A stretch of 64,000 bases of DNA from Malacoraja senta (Eukaryota), in NCBI GenBank assembly GCA_038087875.1, contig CM075990.1:11534001-11598000 (forward strand). Reading direction: 5' to 3'. A model generated the notes under the pieces. The model ran no database searches and was not told where the DNA came from. It worked only from the letters and a program-made list of their open reading frames with translations. Made by a program: the position numbers and the translations under genes. Below, piece after piece: positions 24,439 to 36,514 of this stretch. Numbering within the stretch: the first letter of the stretch is position 1; the number at the start of each line of letters is the position of its first letter.

Positions 24439-26135
24439 TTACTTGCTGCAGCACAACAGAATATGTGAATATGTAAACATAGTACATAATGGAGGAAGAG
24501 AAAAAAAAGGAAAACTTCAACAAATAACAATCATAGTGCAATAATAATATAGTCTTTTGCAGTTGAGAACTCAGAGCTTATTCGTTGTTGTGTTTAATAG
24601 CCTGATGTCTGTAGGGAAGAAGCTGTTCCTGAACCTGGACGTTACAGTTTTCAGGCTCCTCTACAAGTAGTGTTTACCAGGCTGCATAATGTCACTGATA
24701 ACAAGGATAGTTACCAATAGAATCATTTATTGGAGTCAGCAATTCTCAATTAACCAACTCTGAAAGTTACAAATGTGAAGTTTTACTACATAGTCCACAG
24801 AGTTATTTAAGCTACCGTGATACTATATACTTAAATTATAAGAAGTACAGCATGGTAACAAGATATTCAGCCCACCATGTCGAATCTGACCACAAAGCAG
24901 CCATGTACACTAAAGATAGACACAGAATGCTGGAGCAACTCAGCATCTCTGGAGAATGGGCGATGTTTCAGGTCGAGTCCCTTAATCTGACTCTAATCCT
25001 GATAATCTTTTATTCTCTACGCATTCTCATCGACTTTCCCTACTTTCCCTACATTTTAAAAATCACCTACACACAATTTACTGTGGGATGTGGGAGGAAA
25101 CTGGAGCACCCAAAGGAAACCCACGTGGTCACAGGGAGAACATGCAAACTCCACACAGACCACACTGAAGAGTGAAACCAGGTCTCTGGTACTATTGCTG
25201 CACTGTACCACACAAAATATAGCAGCAAATTGGAGGATAGGAAGCTAACACCAATAGTAATGTGATGATATACCTTTAATTAAATCAGTATGTGATGAAC
25301 AGTGCAAGATAGGCTTGGTTTAAGTTTAGGTGTAAGCTTATTATTGTTACATGAGCAAGGTACAGTGAAAATGGGATATTTGCAAGGCAGAGATAGATAG
25401 ATTCTTGATTAGTACGGGTGTCAGGGGTTATGGGGAGAAGGCAGGAGAATGAAGTTGAGAGAGAAAGATAGATCAGCCATGATTGAATGGCAGAGTAGAC
25501 TTGATGGGCCGAATGGCCTAATTCTGCTCCGATCACTTACTGTATGAACATGAATTTATGGAAAGCATTGTTTTGGATGCTGTGCAATCAGATCAGATAG
25601 CAATGCTGGGAAGACCTAGCATCGGTAGCCTAGGAAGAATTTGCCTTGTTCTTCTTCTTTGAAGTAGAGCCCTGGGGACCTTTCCGTCTACAAGGATGGT
25701 AGGCAGATCGATTGGGCAGCACTTCTCTGCAACTGCACCAGCAAGTTCAGCTTTAGTTTCTCTGCTCTCGTCTCCAGAATGGGATTGAAGCTGAGCCTGC
25801 CAGCAGGCTGAGAGTGTTGCGAGTTGAATCTCAATTTACACATTGGAAGCTAAGATTAACCACATAATTGCTCCATGAATCCCATTCCAAATCTAAATGC
25901 ATTCTTCCGTCAGTATGTTCCTATTTAGCACCATTTCATGGTGTAGTTCATTTCCTCACATTTTTAACATTCAAAAGACATTTGGACAGGTACATGGATA
26001 GGAATGATTTAGAGGGATATGAACGTGTGCATATGGGACAAACATAGTTGGGGCATCACAGACGTGTTGGGCTGAAGGGCTTGTTCTGTGCTGTATAATT
26101 CTATGACTATTATAATTGAATGAGATTTAGGTATT

Positions 26136-26550
26136 TAGTTTAGTTTAGTATAGTTTAGAGTTACAGCATGGAAACAGGCTCTTCGGCCTACCGAGTCCAC
26201 GCCGACCATCGATCGCCCCGTACACTATCAGTATCCTACACATTAGGGACAATTTATGGAAGCCAATTAGCCTACAAACCTGCACGTCTTTGGAATGTGG
26301 GAATGTGGGAATGTGGGAGGAAACCAGAGCACCTGGAGTAAATCCGCGTGGTCACAGGGAGAACGTGCAAATGTGTGCAGATGGCACCCGTGGTCAGGAT
26401 GGAGGATGGAACCCTACGTCACTATGCACCATGCGCGGGTAATGCACGCCATGCGCGCATCACGAAGCGTAAATGATGTCGCGTAAATGATGGCGCATAA
26501 TCGGGCTCTGTAGGGCAGCAAGTCACCGCTGCGCCACTGTGCCACCCAAA
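26136..26550 (-). mobile_element. V-SINE/HE1-type SINE containing an 88-bp foreign insert
   Basis: SINE sequence lies on both sides of 26413-26500. Confidence 0.8.
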
Positions 26551-27691
26551 CGCTTGGTGAGATAATGTCATGAAGTCAGTTTATCATTCCAGTTAATTCT
26601 CGTGGTCAGAGGAAGAATGTACAAACATTGTATAGTTAGCGCCCGTAGTCAGGATGGAGCCCGGGTCTCTGGCGCTGTAAGGCAGCAACTTTACCACTGC
26701 ACCACGGTGTTGCCCTTCTTCCTGAGAGGCATTTCATAATGTTCCTTCGTCGTTGGGATGAGTAAGAGGCCATCTGTGCTCTGCATTCAACCAATCCCAA
26801 CTGAACAGGGCACATCACTTTTTCTGCCAATGCGCACATTTAGTGTCACCTTTTGCTCCTTAACAATAGTTGCCAAATCTCAAAAGTAATTTGTTAGCAG
26901 TGAAAGGTTCTGTGAAGCTACAATGGATGCACTATCCTCTTTAGTTATTTTTTTTTTCTTCTTCCTTTTAACTTTTGAGGCATCCATCTATCACAATATT
27001 CCACAATAGTCATCAATACTCTTCAGTTCCAAACACTGTTTTATGTATTTTTCCCTAACAAAACAGTTCACATCGCAATCTCTTAAATCATAAAATCCAC
27101 TGGAATCTTTATTAAATGCGTTCAACCAAGAGCCATGCTGTGTGATTGCAGCTACCACATACTATATAAATCCTATTGATTTATGTGAAGGCATAGATAT
27201 GGGGAAATAAATCCTCCGTCTCTTCTCGTATTGTAAAGCGTGCAAAAGTATATTTTTCATGGGCATCTTTGAGTTTGTGAAGCTTTGAGTAGTACCTTCT
27301 GCAGACGTCAATGGCAGGATTTACCCCATTGCTCATGGCAGCAGAGGGATCACAAATTCACTCTCTGATGAATTAATGCATTCCATTTTTTTTATTAAGC
27401 ATTGCATACAATAGATTTCAGATTTATTTTCGACAGACCATTACCCCTTATCAGCACAAAAAACAATCTAACAGATAGGCAGAAAAATAATGATGGTTTT
27501 ACTGTACGTTGTACAGCGTTGGAGGATCAATCCATCCATTTGATAGTTGATCTATTAACAGTAGAGGGAATAGTATATGAGTCCACATGGCAGAAATGTT
27601 ATTGATGTACTTATAACTTACAGGGCCTGATTATTACTACTTTCCTCTCACTGATACACATGTTGAATGCAATGCCACCAATAACAACCAT

Positions 27692-27995
27692 AGTTTAGCT
27701 TTGAGATACAGCACGGAAACAGGCCCTTCGGCCCACCGAGTCTGCACCGACCAGCGATCCCCGCACACTAACACTACCCTACACTATGTACCTTTATACC
27801 AAACCAACTAACCTACAAACCTGTACTTCTTTGGAGTGTGGGAGGAAACCGAAGATCTCAGAGAAAACTCACGTGATCACGGGGAGAATGTACAAACTCC
27901 ATACAGACAGCACCCATAGTTGGGGTCGAACCCGGGTCTCCAGTGCTGCAAGAGCTGTAAGGCAGCAACGCTACCGCTGTGCCACCGTGATGCCC
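27692..27995 (-). mobile_element. V-SINE/HE1-type SINE
   Basis: Matches the other copies. Confidence 0.85.
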
Positions 27996-28189
27996 CTATA
28001 TAACACCTTTAATGTAGCTAAATGTCCAAGGTGTTTCGGAGGAACAATTCCTCGAACAAACCCAATTCTATGAGGAGATATTAAGCTGGGGAAACTTGCT
28101 TGGAGAGATTCCAAGAAGCATCATCCAAGAAAAGGAGGAGGAAGAGAGGTTCAGGGAAGGAAATAAAGAGTAGATTGATTTGACACTAA

Positions 28190-28662
28190 AGGGCCTGTCC
28201 CACGAGCATGCGACTGCATGCGGCAAGCGCTACCTAACGTGGTCGATTGAGCCGTACGGCCTCGCGGGGCCGGTCCCACTTCGATCGCCGGAGCCGTATG
28301 GAGTTGTGCGGGGCTGGTCCCGACATCGCGCGGGGCTCCGAAAAACAGTCGCATTGAGGCCATACGCACCGCCTCGACAGGCGTGCGCAATGTCTCGACG
28401 CCGTACGCAGCGTCTTGACGCCATACGTCACGTGCGAACTTCACGCGGACTTCGCTCGAACTTCACGTCAACTCGTATGGGATCACTCGACCTCCACGTG
28501 GCCCCCGCTTCCGGTTTGGTCGCGCTCGCCGCATGCAGTTGCATGCTCGTAGGACAGGCCCTGTACGGGGATCACTCGACCTCCGCACGGCCCCCGCGCT
28601 GCCCCTGCTTCCAGTTTGGTCGCGCTTGCTGCATGTAGTCGCATGCTCGTGGGACAGGCCCT
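28190..28662. mobile_element. PIF/Harbinger-type MITE, CpG-rich, with a duplicated right end
   Basis: TIRs AGGGCCTGTCCCACGAGCATGCGACT / AGTCGCATGCTCGTGGGACAGGCCCT, with flanks TAA and TTA. Confidence 0.85.
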
Positions 28663-28729
28663 TTATTAAGGGCATTGTAAGGGCAATTGTGTTTCACACC
28701 AATATTAAAATGGCAGTATAACTCATTCA

Positions 28730-29400
28730 GCAGTAGAGCAGTTGATAGAGCTGTGGCCCACAGTGCCAGACACCCGGGTTCCAGATCTTGGGTGCTGTCA
28801 AGGTAGTGTTTCCAAGTTCTTCCTGTGACCTGCAGATGCTCTGGTTTCACCCCGCATCAAAAAGCTGTGCGAGTTTGTAGGTTTTTACGGTAATTAGCCA
28901 CTGAATTGCCCCTATGTGAAAGTGGGATATCATAGAACTAGTGTGAATGTATGGTTGAAGGTCAGCGTGGACTCGGTGGGCCGAAGGGCCTGTTTTGATG
29001 CTGCATCTCTAAACTAAACATAAAAGCAATTAACCAGCCAGTGCAATGCTGGCAAAGAAACAATCTCAAGCCACTTGACTTTGTACTGGGACACAGTTAC
29101 AGTGGCATAGTCGTACAGCTGGTACAGATGTTTCCTCACAGAGCCAGATACCCAGGTTCGATCCTGACCTCCGGTGCTGTCAGTGTGGAGTTTGCACGTT
29201 CTCCCTGCAACCAAGTGGGTTTCCTCTGGGTGCTCCGGTTTCCTCCCATATCCCAAAGACGTGTGGGTTGTTGACCTCTGCAAAATAAAATCCCTTTGTG
29301 CGCAGGAAGAGGATGGGAACGTGAGATAAGATAAAACTAGTGTGAACTAGTGATCTGTGGATTTGATGGGCCAAAGAACCTATTTCTATGCTGTATCTTT
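28730..29400 (+). mobile_element. Two tandem older V-SINE/HE1-type copies (about 28730-29020 and 29100-29400)
   Basis: Diverged heads with B-box remnants and gggccgaagggcctg-type tails. Confidence 0.7.
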
Positions 29401-29977
29401 CAACATCTTTGGTTATCTCTTATGGGGAAAGAACACTGCCAAGGTATGCACTGGTAACACGACAACAGGGCCTTCATTGCGTGATGGACCAAGCAATTTC
29501 CTTCTGATCCCAACCATTTTATGAATTACACTGTTTTTTGGAGGTAATATTATAAAAGAGACTTTCCTATCAAATATTATGAGGGAGTGATATTTAATTT
29601 GATGTTTAATTAATTCACTGAATACAGTGGGTAGAATCAAACCAATAATTGAATTTTGAATTATTATATTACTCTGATATTGCTGTGACATTATTTCCTG
29701 CAGATCTTTAATTAAAGGATATTCATTCACCTCCGCCTTGCTGTTACTTCAGCCTTTTCCAGTAGGAAATACAGAGATAAAAATAATTAATTTAACCCAA
29801 TTTGCCGTTTTGATACTTAATTACGAAAACTTGGATTGGGATTGCAGGCATTGAAGTTAATTCAATAGTAATTAAAAGATGTATGTAAATTATTGATTAT
29901 AATTAATGGACCTAATGGTAGCATGATGTTTAACCTATTTAGAGTTGAAGTTGGTGGGATAATTTCAAAACCACTTT

Positions 29978-30118
29978 TTAGTTTAGTTTAGTTTAGTTTA
30001 GAGACCATAATAGAAACAGGCCCTTTGGCTCACCAAGTCCACACCGACCAGCGATGCCCGCACATTAACACTATCCTACACATACTAGGGACAATTTTAC
30101 ACCTACACTAAGCCAATT
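29978..30118 (-). mobile_element. V-SINE/HE1-type SINE 3' part (continues at 34531-34556, after the DIRS)
   Basis: ...aagccaATT joined to aacctacatacctgtgcgtcttt reconstitutes the SINE consensus. Confidence 0.85.
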
Positions 30119-30636
30119 TTACTTCGGAGTCACGTGAGTGACTACGTGAAGAAGGCCCGTCAGGGCGCATGCGCGTCATTACGTCGGACGCATTGGCGAC
30201 AACGGCAGTGGGAGCTCGGAGCTCCTTCTGCAACGTGAGTAAATACAACTTCACCAAAGTCGGGGAGACTTTGGAGGAGTTATAAGAAAGTATAGAAATT
30301 GTTTCTGTCTGTTTTTTTCCCCCCATATGCAGGAACAAGGGGACAGGTGCAGGCTGCTGCCGACAAGGAGAGAGAGAGAGCTGCGGGAGCGCAGTCTCTG
30401 AAAGGCAGCCTGTCACCTCGGGGGAGTCGCAAGCCGGTAGCGGTGCCGCGACGGACTTCAGAAAGTGCCCAGCCGGGTACACAGCCAACGCCAGTCGGGC
30501 GGTCGGCATAAGCTAAGTCTGTAAGGGCTATAGACTCCGCAGAGTCGGGCCACGAGAGTCCCGTCGGGGACAGGATACCGTTCCACAGCGGTTATCCAGA
30601 AGGAGCAGCTCATACAGGGGCTGCTCCACAGAGACG

Positions 30637-30877
30637 CTCCAGGAGGAGTAGTGCAGGTGGGAAGCCACAGAGAAGGCTCCGCTGGCAGTGCCTAGGAGAG
30701 GTCTGCCTCATAAAGCCACAACTCCAGGAGGAGTTGTGCAGGCGGGAAGCCTTATGGAAGGCTCCACTGGCAGTGCCTTGGAGAGGCCTGCTTCGTAAAG
30801 CCATACTCCAGGAGGAGTTGTGCAGGCGGGAGGCCGTGGGGACGGCTCCGCTGGCAGTGCCTAGTAGAGGCCTGCTT
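30637..30877 (+). repeat. About 84-bp tandem repeat, about 3 copies, in the DIRS gag region
   Basis: The unit ctccaggaggagt...ggctccgctggcagtgcct...agagg starts at 30637, 30722 and 30806. Confidence 0.85.
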
Positions 30878-31299
30878 GAAAGCACCCTCTTTGCAAGAGG
30901 TGAGTGCAGAAGGGCAGATACGCTCTGACCCTGAGTCCGACGACTTCCAAAGGAGGGCAGGCAGCTGTTAGAGCTGACACCGTGTGTAGCACGGTTTGCC
31001 ATGTCGTCGGATGCTGGTGAGCCTCTGGGTGAGGAACTTGCCACCAGCATAAATGCCAGCCTGGCACAGTGCAACTGGCACAGCTGTTTGGCGAGGATTT
31101 TGCACAGCAGGTGAAGGAGCTGGAGGAGGAGGCTAAGACGGCAGCCACATATTCACCAAAGCGGAAGTATCCCTATAAGGGAGCAGACTGGTCCGGGCAA
31201 GGGACGAGTCCAGCTACGATGCAGCGCAGTTGGCGTTAGGCTGTAGCACCGCCACGGAGGTGAGATATCCAGCTCAAGGCCGGGGAAGAATGCCAGGTG

Positions 31300-32990
31300 G
31301 TAAGGAGGTAAGAGGGTCTGGTTCTCATGTAGACAGATCTAATGTGATACAATTAAATGTTTACCTCAGATATGTTTATACTGAAGGTTATTCAAGGGCA
31401 TCGAATAAAGCTTAAATGCAAATTCTGATTTACCCATGCAACATGTTCCAAAAAAGGAGTTTGACTTCAGTATCACTGAACAATTGGAAGTTCAGCTGGA
31501 ACTTGCAAGCTTATGTAATAAAGGTGTAATTGCTAAGGCAGTTTACCAAACCCATCAGTTTGTGTCCACTATCTTTCCCAGACCAAAAAAGGATGGGGGG
31601 ATGCAGAATTATACAGACCTGAATAGGTTTAACCCTTTTGTACGGTATAGACATTTTAAGATGGAAACGTTTGTGAAGGAGATCTTAAAGATGCTGATTC
31701 AGTGTCTGTTCATTTGCAGGATAGAAGATTTAAAATTCAGCTGGATGGGGAATTATGCCAAGTCAAGGTCATGTGCTCATGGCTTAGCTAAATAATATCT
31801 TGATTGTAGGACAATCAAAGGAAACAGCTGAAGCATCAGTGGCAGTTGGTAAAAACCAATTTTAAATGGGCTTTATAAGCTATTCTGAGGAATCTAAATT
31901 TATACCTGTGACATAAATTGACTAGTTGGGTTCACAATGGACTTAATCAACATCATTGTGACCTTGCCCAGGCAAAAAAGGGTACAGCTAATTAAGAGCT
32001 ATATCAAGTTAATTGCTAACTCACAGCCTTCAATTAGCCAGGTGACAAGACTGCTGTGGTAATGGCTGGCAGCATTTCCAGCAGTTCAATATGGCCACTT
32101 TATTATCTACAATTACAAAGGTCAAAGGAACAAGCATTGAGGATACATTGGGGTCATTATAATAGACCTATGCTTCTATCAATAGAGGCTGTTGCTGATG
32201 TACAATGGTGGATTCAGCATGTGTCCACTAGTAGTTCCAAAGTGTTATTGGACCAAGCTTCCATGATTTGCAGACAGATGTCAGAGCACTTGGGTAGGGT
32301 GCTACTGATACAAGATCCAGTGGTGGAGACAGATGAACATTGCTTCTGCATACATGGGGAATTAACCAAGAGTATTTTATGGACTCAAGGCTTATGGCAC
32401 TAACTAAACTAGTTTGCATGTGCAGTGCAAAATAGACAACACTGCAGCAGTTGCTGATATGAATCACATGGGTGGAATCAAATCGTTATCATGTGACAGG
32501 TTGGCAAATACAATTGGACCTGGAGTAGGGATAGAGAGATTTGGATTGGAGCTATCTATCTGCCAGGGAAACTTAATGTAGTACCAGATGGCAGTTCACG
32601 AAAATTCCATCATAACACAGAGTGGATGTGGAACCAGGATGTGTTCAAGAACATAGTACTTCTATATGGAAGGCCAAAATATGTTTCATAGGCACCAGAT
32701 CCAGGGGCAGTGGCAATTGATGCTTTTTCACTAAATTGGGATGATATGTTTGTGTATATTTTCCCACCATTCTGCCTCATAGGTCGGTGTTTGAGAAAAT
32801 CAAGCAGGATGCCGCTTCAGGTGTTTTGGTGATATTTAATTGCCTGATTCAACCATGGTTCCCTTTGATGTTACAGATAGCGATCCAACCTCTTTTTGCT
32901 GATTCCAAACAGTAGGAATTTGCTGGAGCATCCAGTAACGCATTAAGTTCATCCGTTATGTGACGGTATGGATCTGTTAGTTTGCAGGTT
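31300..32990 (+). pseudogene. DIRS pol remnant: RT, RNase H and methyltransferase-like domain
   Basis: FVSTIFPRPKKDGG and YRHFKMETF (RT); IDNTAAVADMNHMGG (RNase H); AVAIDAFSLNWDDMFVYIFPPF (MT-like). There are many frameshifts and stops. Confidence 0.88.
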
Positions 32991-32999
32991 TCAAGAATG

Positions 33000-33980
33000 C
33001 CTTACATTGGTCGAGGACTTTCTAGGCCAACGGTGTATATACTCGCTGCAGTCTGGAGAAAGAGTACTCAAAAACAGTATATGACTTATGGGAAAAAAAA
33101 GAAATTAAAAAGGAACAATATTGTGTTCAAAAGAATATTCAATATGATACTGTAATTATTGAAAATGTGTTAGAGTTTATCTACACTTTATTATGATGAA
33201 GGTCTTAGCTATACTGCTATCAATACAGCTAGAAGTGCTTTGTCCGCATATCTTGTAATAGGTACACGGACACAAAGTATAGGTTCTCACCCTCTCATAT
33301 CTAGGTTGATGAAAAGAATCTAATTCCAAACCGCCTAAGCCTAGGTATATGGTAATCTGCGAGGTAAGTGTTGTTCGTAACATACTTCGTCATTGGGTCC
33401 CTGTCACGGCTATAACTTTGTTAAAATTAACGATGAAATTGGCTATGCTAATGGCATTGGTGTCAGTACAGAGAGTGCAGATTTTCCAAAAAACTTCAGT
33501 TCGAGAGAATGGAAGTGAATACAGAGAATGTTCTGTTTTATATTTCTGACCTGCTCAAACAAAGCAGGCCAGGTGAGACAGGTTTTAAGATTGTGTTCTC
33601 AGCATATCCTACAGCTCCATGTTTATGTGTAAGGACACATTTGTTACATTACATTGAAGCCACAAGGGCTTTAAGACAAGAAGAAACAGGATTATTTGTC
33701 AGTTACAAAAAGCCAACATAAAAGAGTGGCAGTTCAGACTATCTCAAGGTGGTTAAAGCAAGAGTTGGTTCAGGCAGGAATTAACATTTATGTGTTTACA
33801 TCGCATTCCACTAGCGCAGTAGCAACATCCGCGGCCAGGGCGATGGACGTTCCCATCGACCATATATTAAAAGCCGCAGGTTGGAAAAATGAACTTGTGT
33901 TTTCAGCAATACTACCATCGGCCGATTGCCGATGGAGGGCTGTTTGCTAACTCAATATTGAGTGCTGTTGCTATTGTTTA
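33000..33980 (+). pseudogene. DIRS tyrosine recombinase remnant
   Basis: GLSYTAINTARSALS, ISDLLKQSRPG, TISRWLK and FTSHSTSAVATSAARAMDVPIDHILKAAGW. The catalytic HSTR motif has decayed to HSTS. Confidence 0.88.
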
Positions 33981-34191
33981 AAGTCTGTTTTTCAATACTG
34001 TTTCATTCTGTTTCGTTTGTTGCCCTAAATTAAGAGGGTTTATTGGTTGTTTTATGACCAAAAATAAAACTGTTTTGTTTTTGCATGATATGCAATGTCA
34101 TGTTTACAGCATTATTGATGATACTCAGTCAATCGATGCAGTGAGAAGCCGGGATTTTGATCTGCGGCATAAAAATCACAGAGCTTTAAAA

Positions 34192-34303
34192 TCTTCACGT
34201 AGTCACTCACGTGACTCCGAAGTAAAATAGTAAGATTAAACGAGAACTTACCAGTTTGAAGTTTGATCTTTATTTTATGAGGAGTTACGTTGGTGATTAC
34301 GTG
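34192..34303. repeat. DIRS internal complementary region (ICR)
   Basis: Reverse complement of the left terminus (30116-30152) fused to the reverse complement of the right terminus (34456-34530). Confidence 0.95.
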
Positions 34304-35311
34304 CCCGCCACGCCCAACCCTCTCTCATAGAATAAAGGTCATAATGGTAGTTCTCATGTTTCTCATCTTAATATGTTACTTCAATTATTGTGTGGACTGT
34401 GATTTCATACCGCTGCTTTGAAGATTGACGCGCATGCGCCCTGACGGGCCTTCTTCACGTAATCACCAACGTAACTCCTCATAAAATAAAGATCAAACTT
34501 CAAACTGGTAAGTTCTCGTTTAATCTTACTATTAACCTACATACCTGTGCGTCTTTACTGAGGGATCGTTCTCTCCATGACAGGGAAACAAGAAAAGAGT
34601 CAAATAAAAAAGATGTCAAGAGAAATATTCAAGCCACTCCATCAATCTACAAATCAGATCTCAGTGCAGCCTTGCAATGCCATGCTGAGGGATTGTTATC
34701 ATATATTATGGTTGTGATAGACCCAAGAAAAACTAGCTGTAAACAATTTAAAAAATCCATAAGAAGGAACTGCAGATGCTGGTTTAAATCGAAGATAGAC
34801 ACAAAATGCTGGAGTAACTCAGCGGGACGGGCAGCATCACTGGAGAAAAGAAATGGGCGACTTTTCAGGTCGAGACCCTTCTTCAGACTTAGGAATCTAA
34901 ATCTAAATAAAACAATCTATTTCTCTTGACCTTTTTTTTAATGTGACCCACACATTACCCAGCGTATCGCAGGGCCCTGGTGGCCATTGGAGAAGGAAAT
35001 ATAGTTCATGTGTTGAATAATTAATTGGATCACCAAGCGCCTTTTTACAGTATGGAAAGGTCGCTGAAGTTCTTTGGTGGGACAAAGGGTGAAGCGTTTG
35101 AGAACAAATGCTGAGATCCCAAAACGTCACCCATTCCTTTTCTCCAGAGATGCTGCCTGTCCCGTTGAGTTACTCCAGCATTTTGTGTGTTAAATTTTAA
35201 AATGCTGATATGCCTTCCAGACAAAGAAGCATTTTGCACCTCCCATAATAGACTCGTGCTGCATAGAAACACCATCAATTGGACTTATTTGCACAAGTCC
35301 CACTTAGCCAC

Positions 35312-35597
35312 GATAGACACGAAACGCTGGAGTAACTCAGCGGGACAGGCAACATCTCTGGAGAGAAGGAATGGGTGACGTTTCGGGTCGAGACCCTTCT
35401 GCAGACTGATGTCAGGGGAGTGGGCAGTACAGAGATAAAATGTTGTCGGAGACAGTAAGACTGGTGGGAGAACTGGGAAGGGGGAAGGGATGGAGAGAGA
35501 GGGAAAGCAAGGGTTATTTGAATTAGAGAAGTCAATGTTCATACCGCTGGGGTGTAAACTACCCAAGCAAAATATGAGGTGCTGTTCCTCCAATTTT
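35312..35597 (-). mobile_element. Penelope-like element 3' fragment (GIY-YIG C-terminus plus pLTR)
   Basis: Peptide EEQHLIFCLGSLHPSGMNIDFSN, followed by the terminal block with a hammerhead-like core (ctgcaga...gaaacgtc). Confidence 0.85.
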
Positions 35598-36112
35598 TCT
35601 CCAGGTTCCTCTCACTTACTCACCTTTGATCCATCACCTTCTATACCTAGGTGACGGAAGTACTTATCCAAATACTTATTATAAGTTATGAGAAGATCTG
35701 CAACCAATTTCCCGTCAGGCAACACATTCTAGATTCCACCCAAACTCTGTGTTAAACATATTACCCCCCCCCCCATATCCCCTCTAAACCTTATACCTAT
35801 TCCCTCTTGTTTTAGACCCCCGCCCACACCATCATAATGGGGTCAAGATTCTTACTATCTTCAGATGGAAGAAGGTTCCCGACCCAAATAAATATCTGTC
35901 TATTCTCTCCACAGATGCTGCCTGACCTGGTGGGTTACACCAGCACTTTGTGTTTTGCTCAAGATTCTGGCATCTGCAGTTCCTGGTGACCTCTTAATGT
36001 CTCCCCCATCTATCCCCTTCATAATTATGTGTACCTCTGTCAGGTCACCTCGCAACCACCTCCGTTCTGGAGAAACTAACTCAATCTATCCAATCTTTGC
36101 TTATATTTGAAA

Positions 36113-36514
36113 CATGAGGGGGGACCTCATTGAAACTTGCCAAATAGTGCAAGGCCTGGATAGAGTGGATGTGGAGAGGATGTTTCCACTGGTGGAAGAG
36201 TCTGAGACCAGAGGCCATAGCCTCAGAATAAAAGGACGGACCTTTAGAAAGGAGATGCGGAGGAATTTCTTCAGTCAGAGGGTGGTGAATCTGTGGAATA
36301 CATTGCCACAGAAGGCTGCAGAGGCCTAGTCAATGGATATTTTTAAGGTGGAGCTTGATAGATTTTTGATTAGTACGGGTGGCAGGGGTTATGGGGAGAA
36401 GGCAGGAGAATGGGGTTGCGAGGGAAAGATAGATCAGCCATGATTGAATGGTGGAGTAGACCTGATTGTCAGAATGGCCTAAATCTGCTACTCTATCTTA
36501 TGAACTTATGAACA
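36113..36514 (+). mobile_element. CR1-type LINE 3' fragment inside an older minus-strand LINE
   Basis: Peptide MRGDLIETCQIVQGLDRVDVERMFP...TRGHSLRI...RVVNLWNTLP. Confidence 0.9.

Larger units (their letters stand above)
30116..34533 (+). mobile_element. DIRS1-type tyrosine-recombinase retrotransposon, full length, ORFs decayed
   Basis: ITRs at 30143-30178 and 34426-34461, an internal complementary region at 34192-34303, RT, RNase H, MT and YR remnants in the canonical order, and no TSD. Confidence 0.95.
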
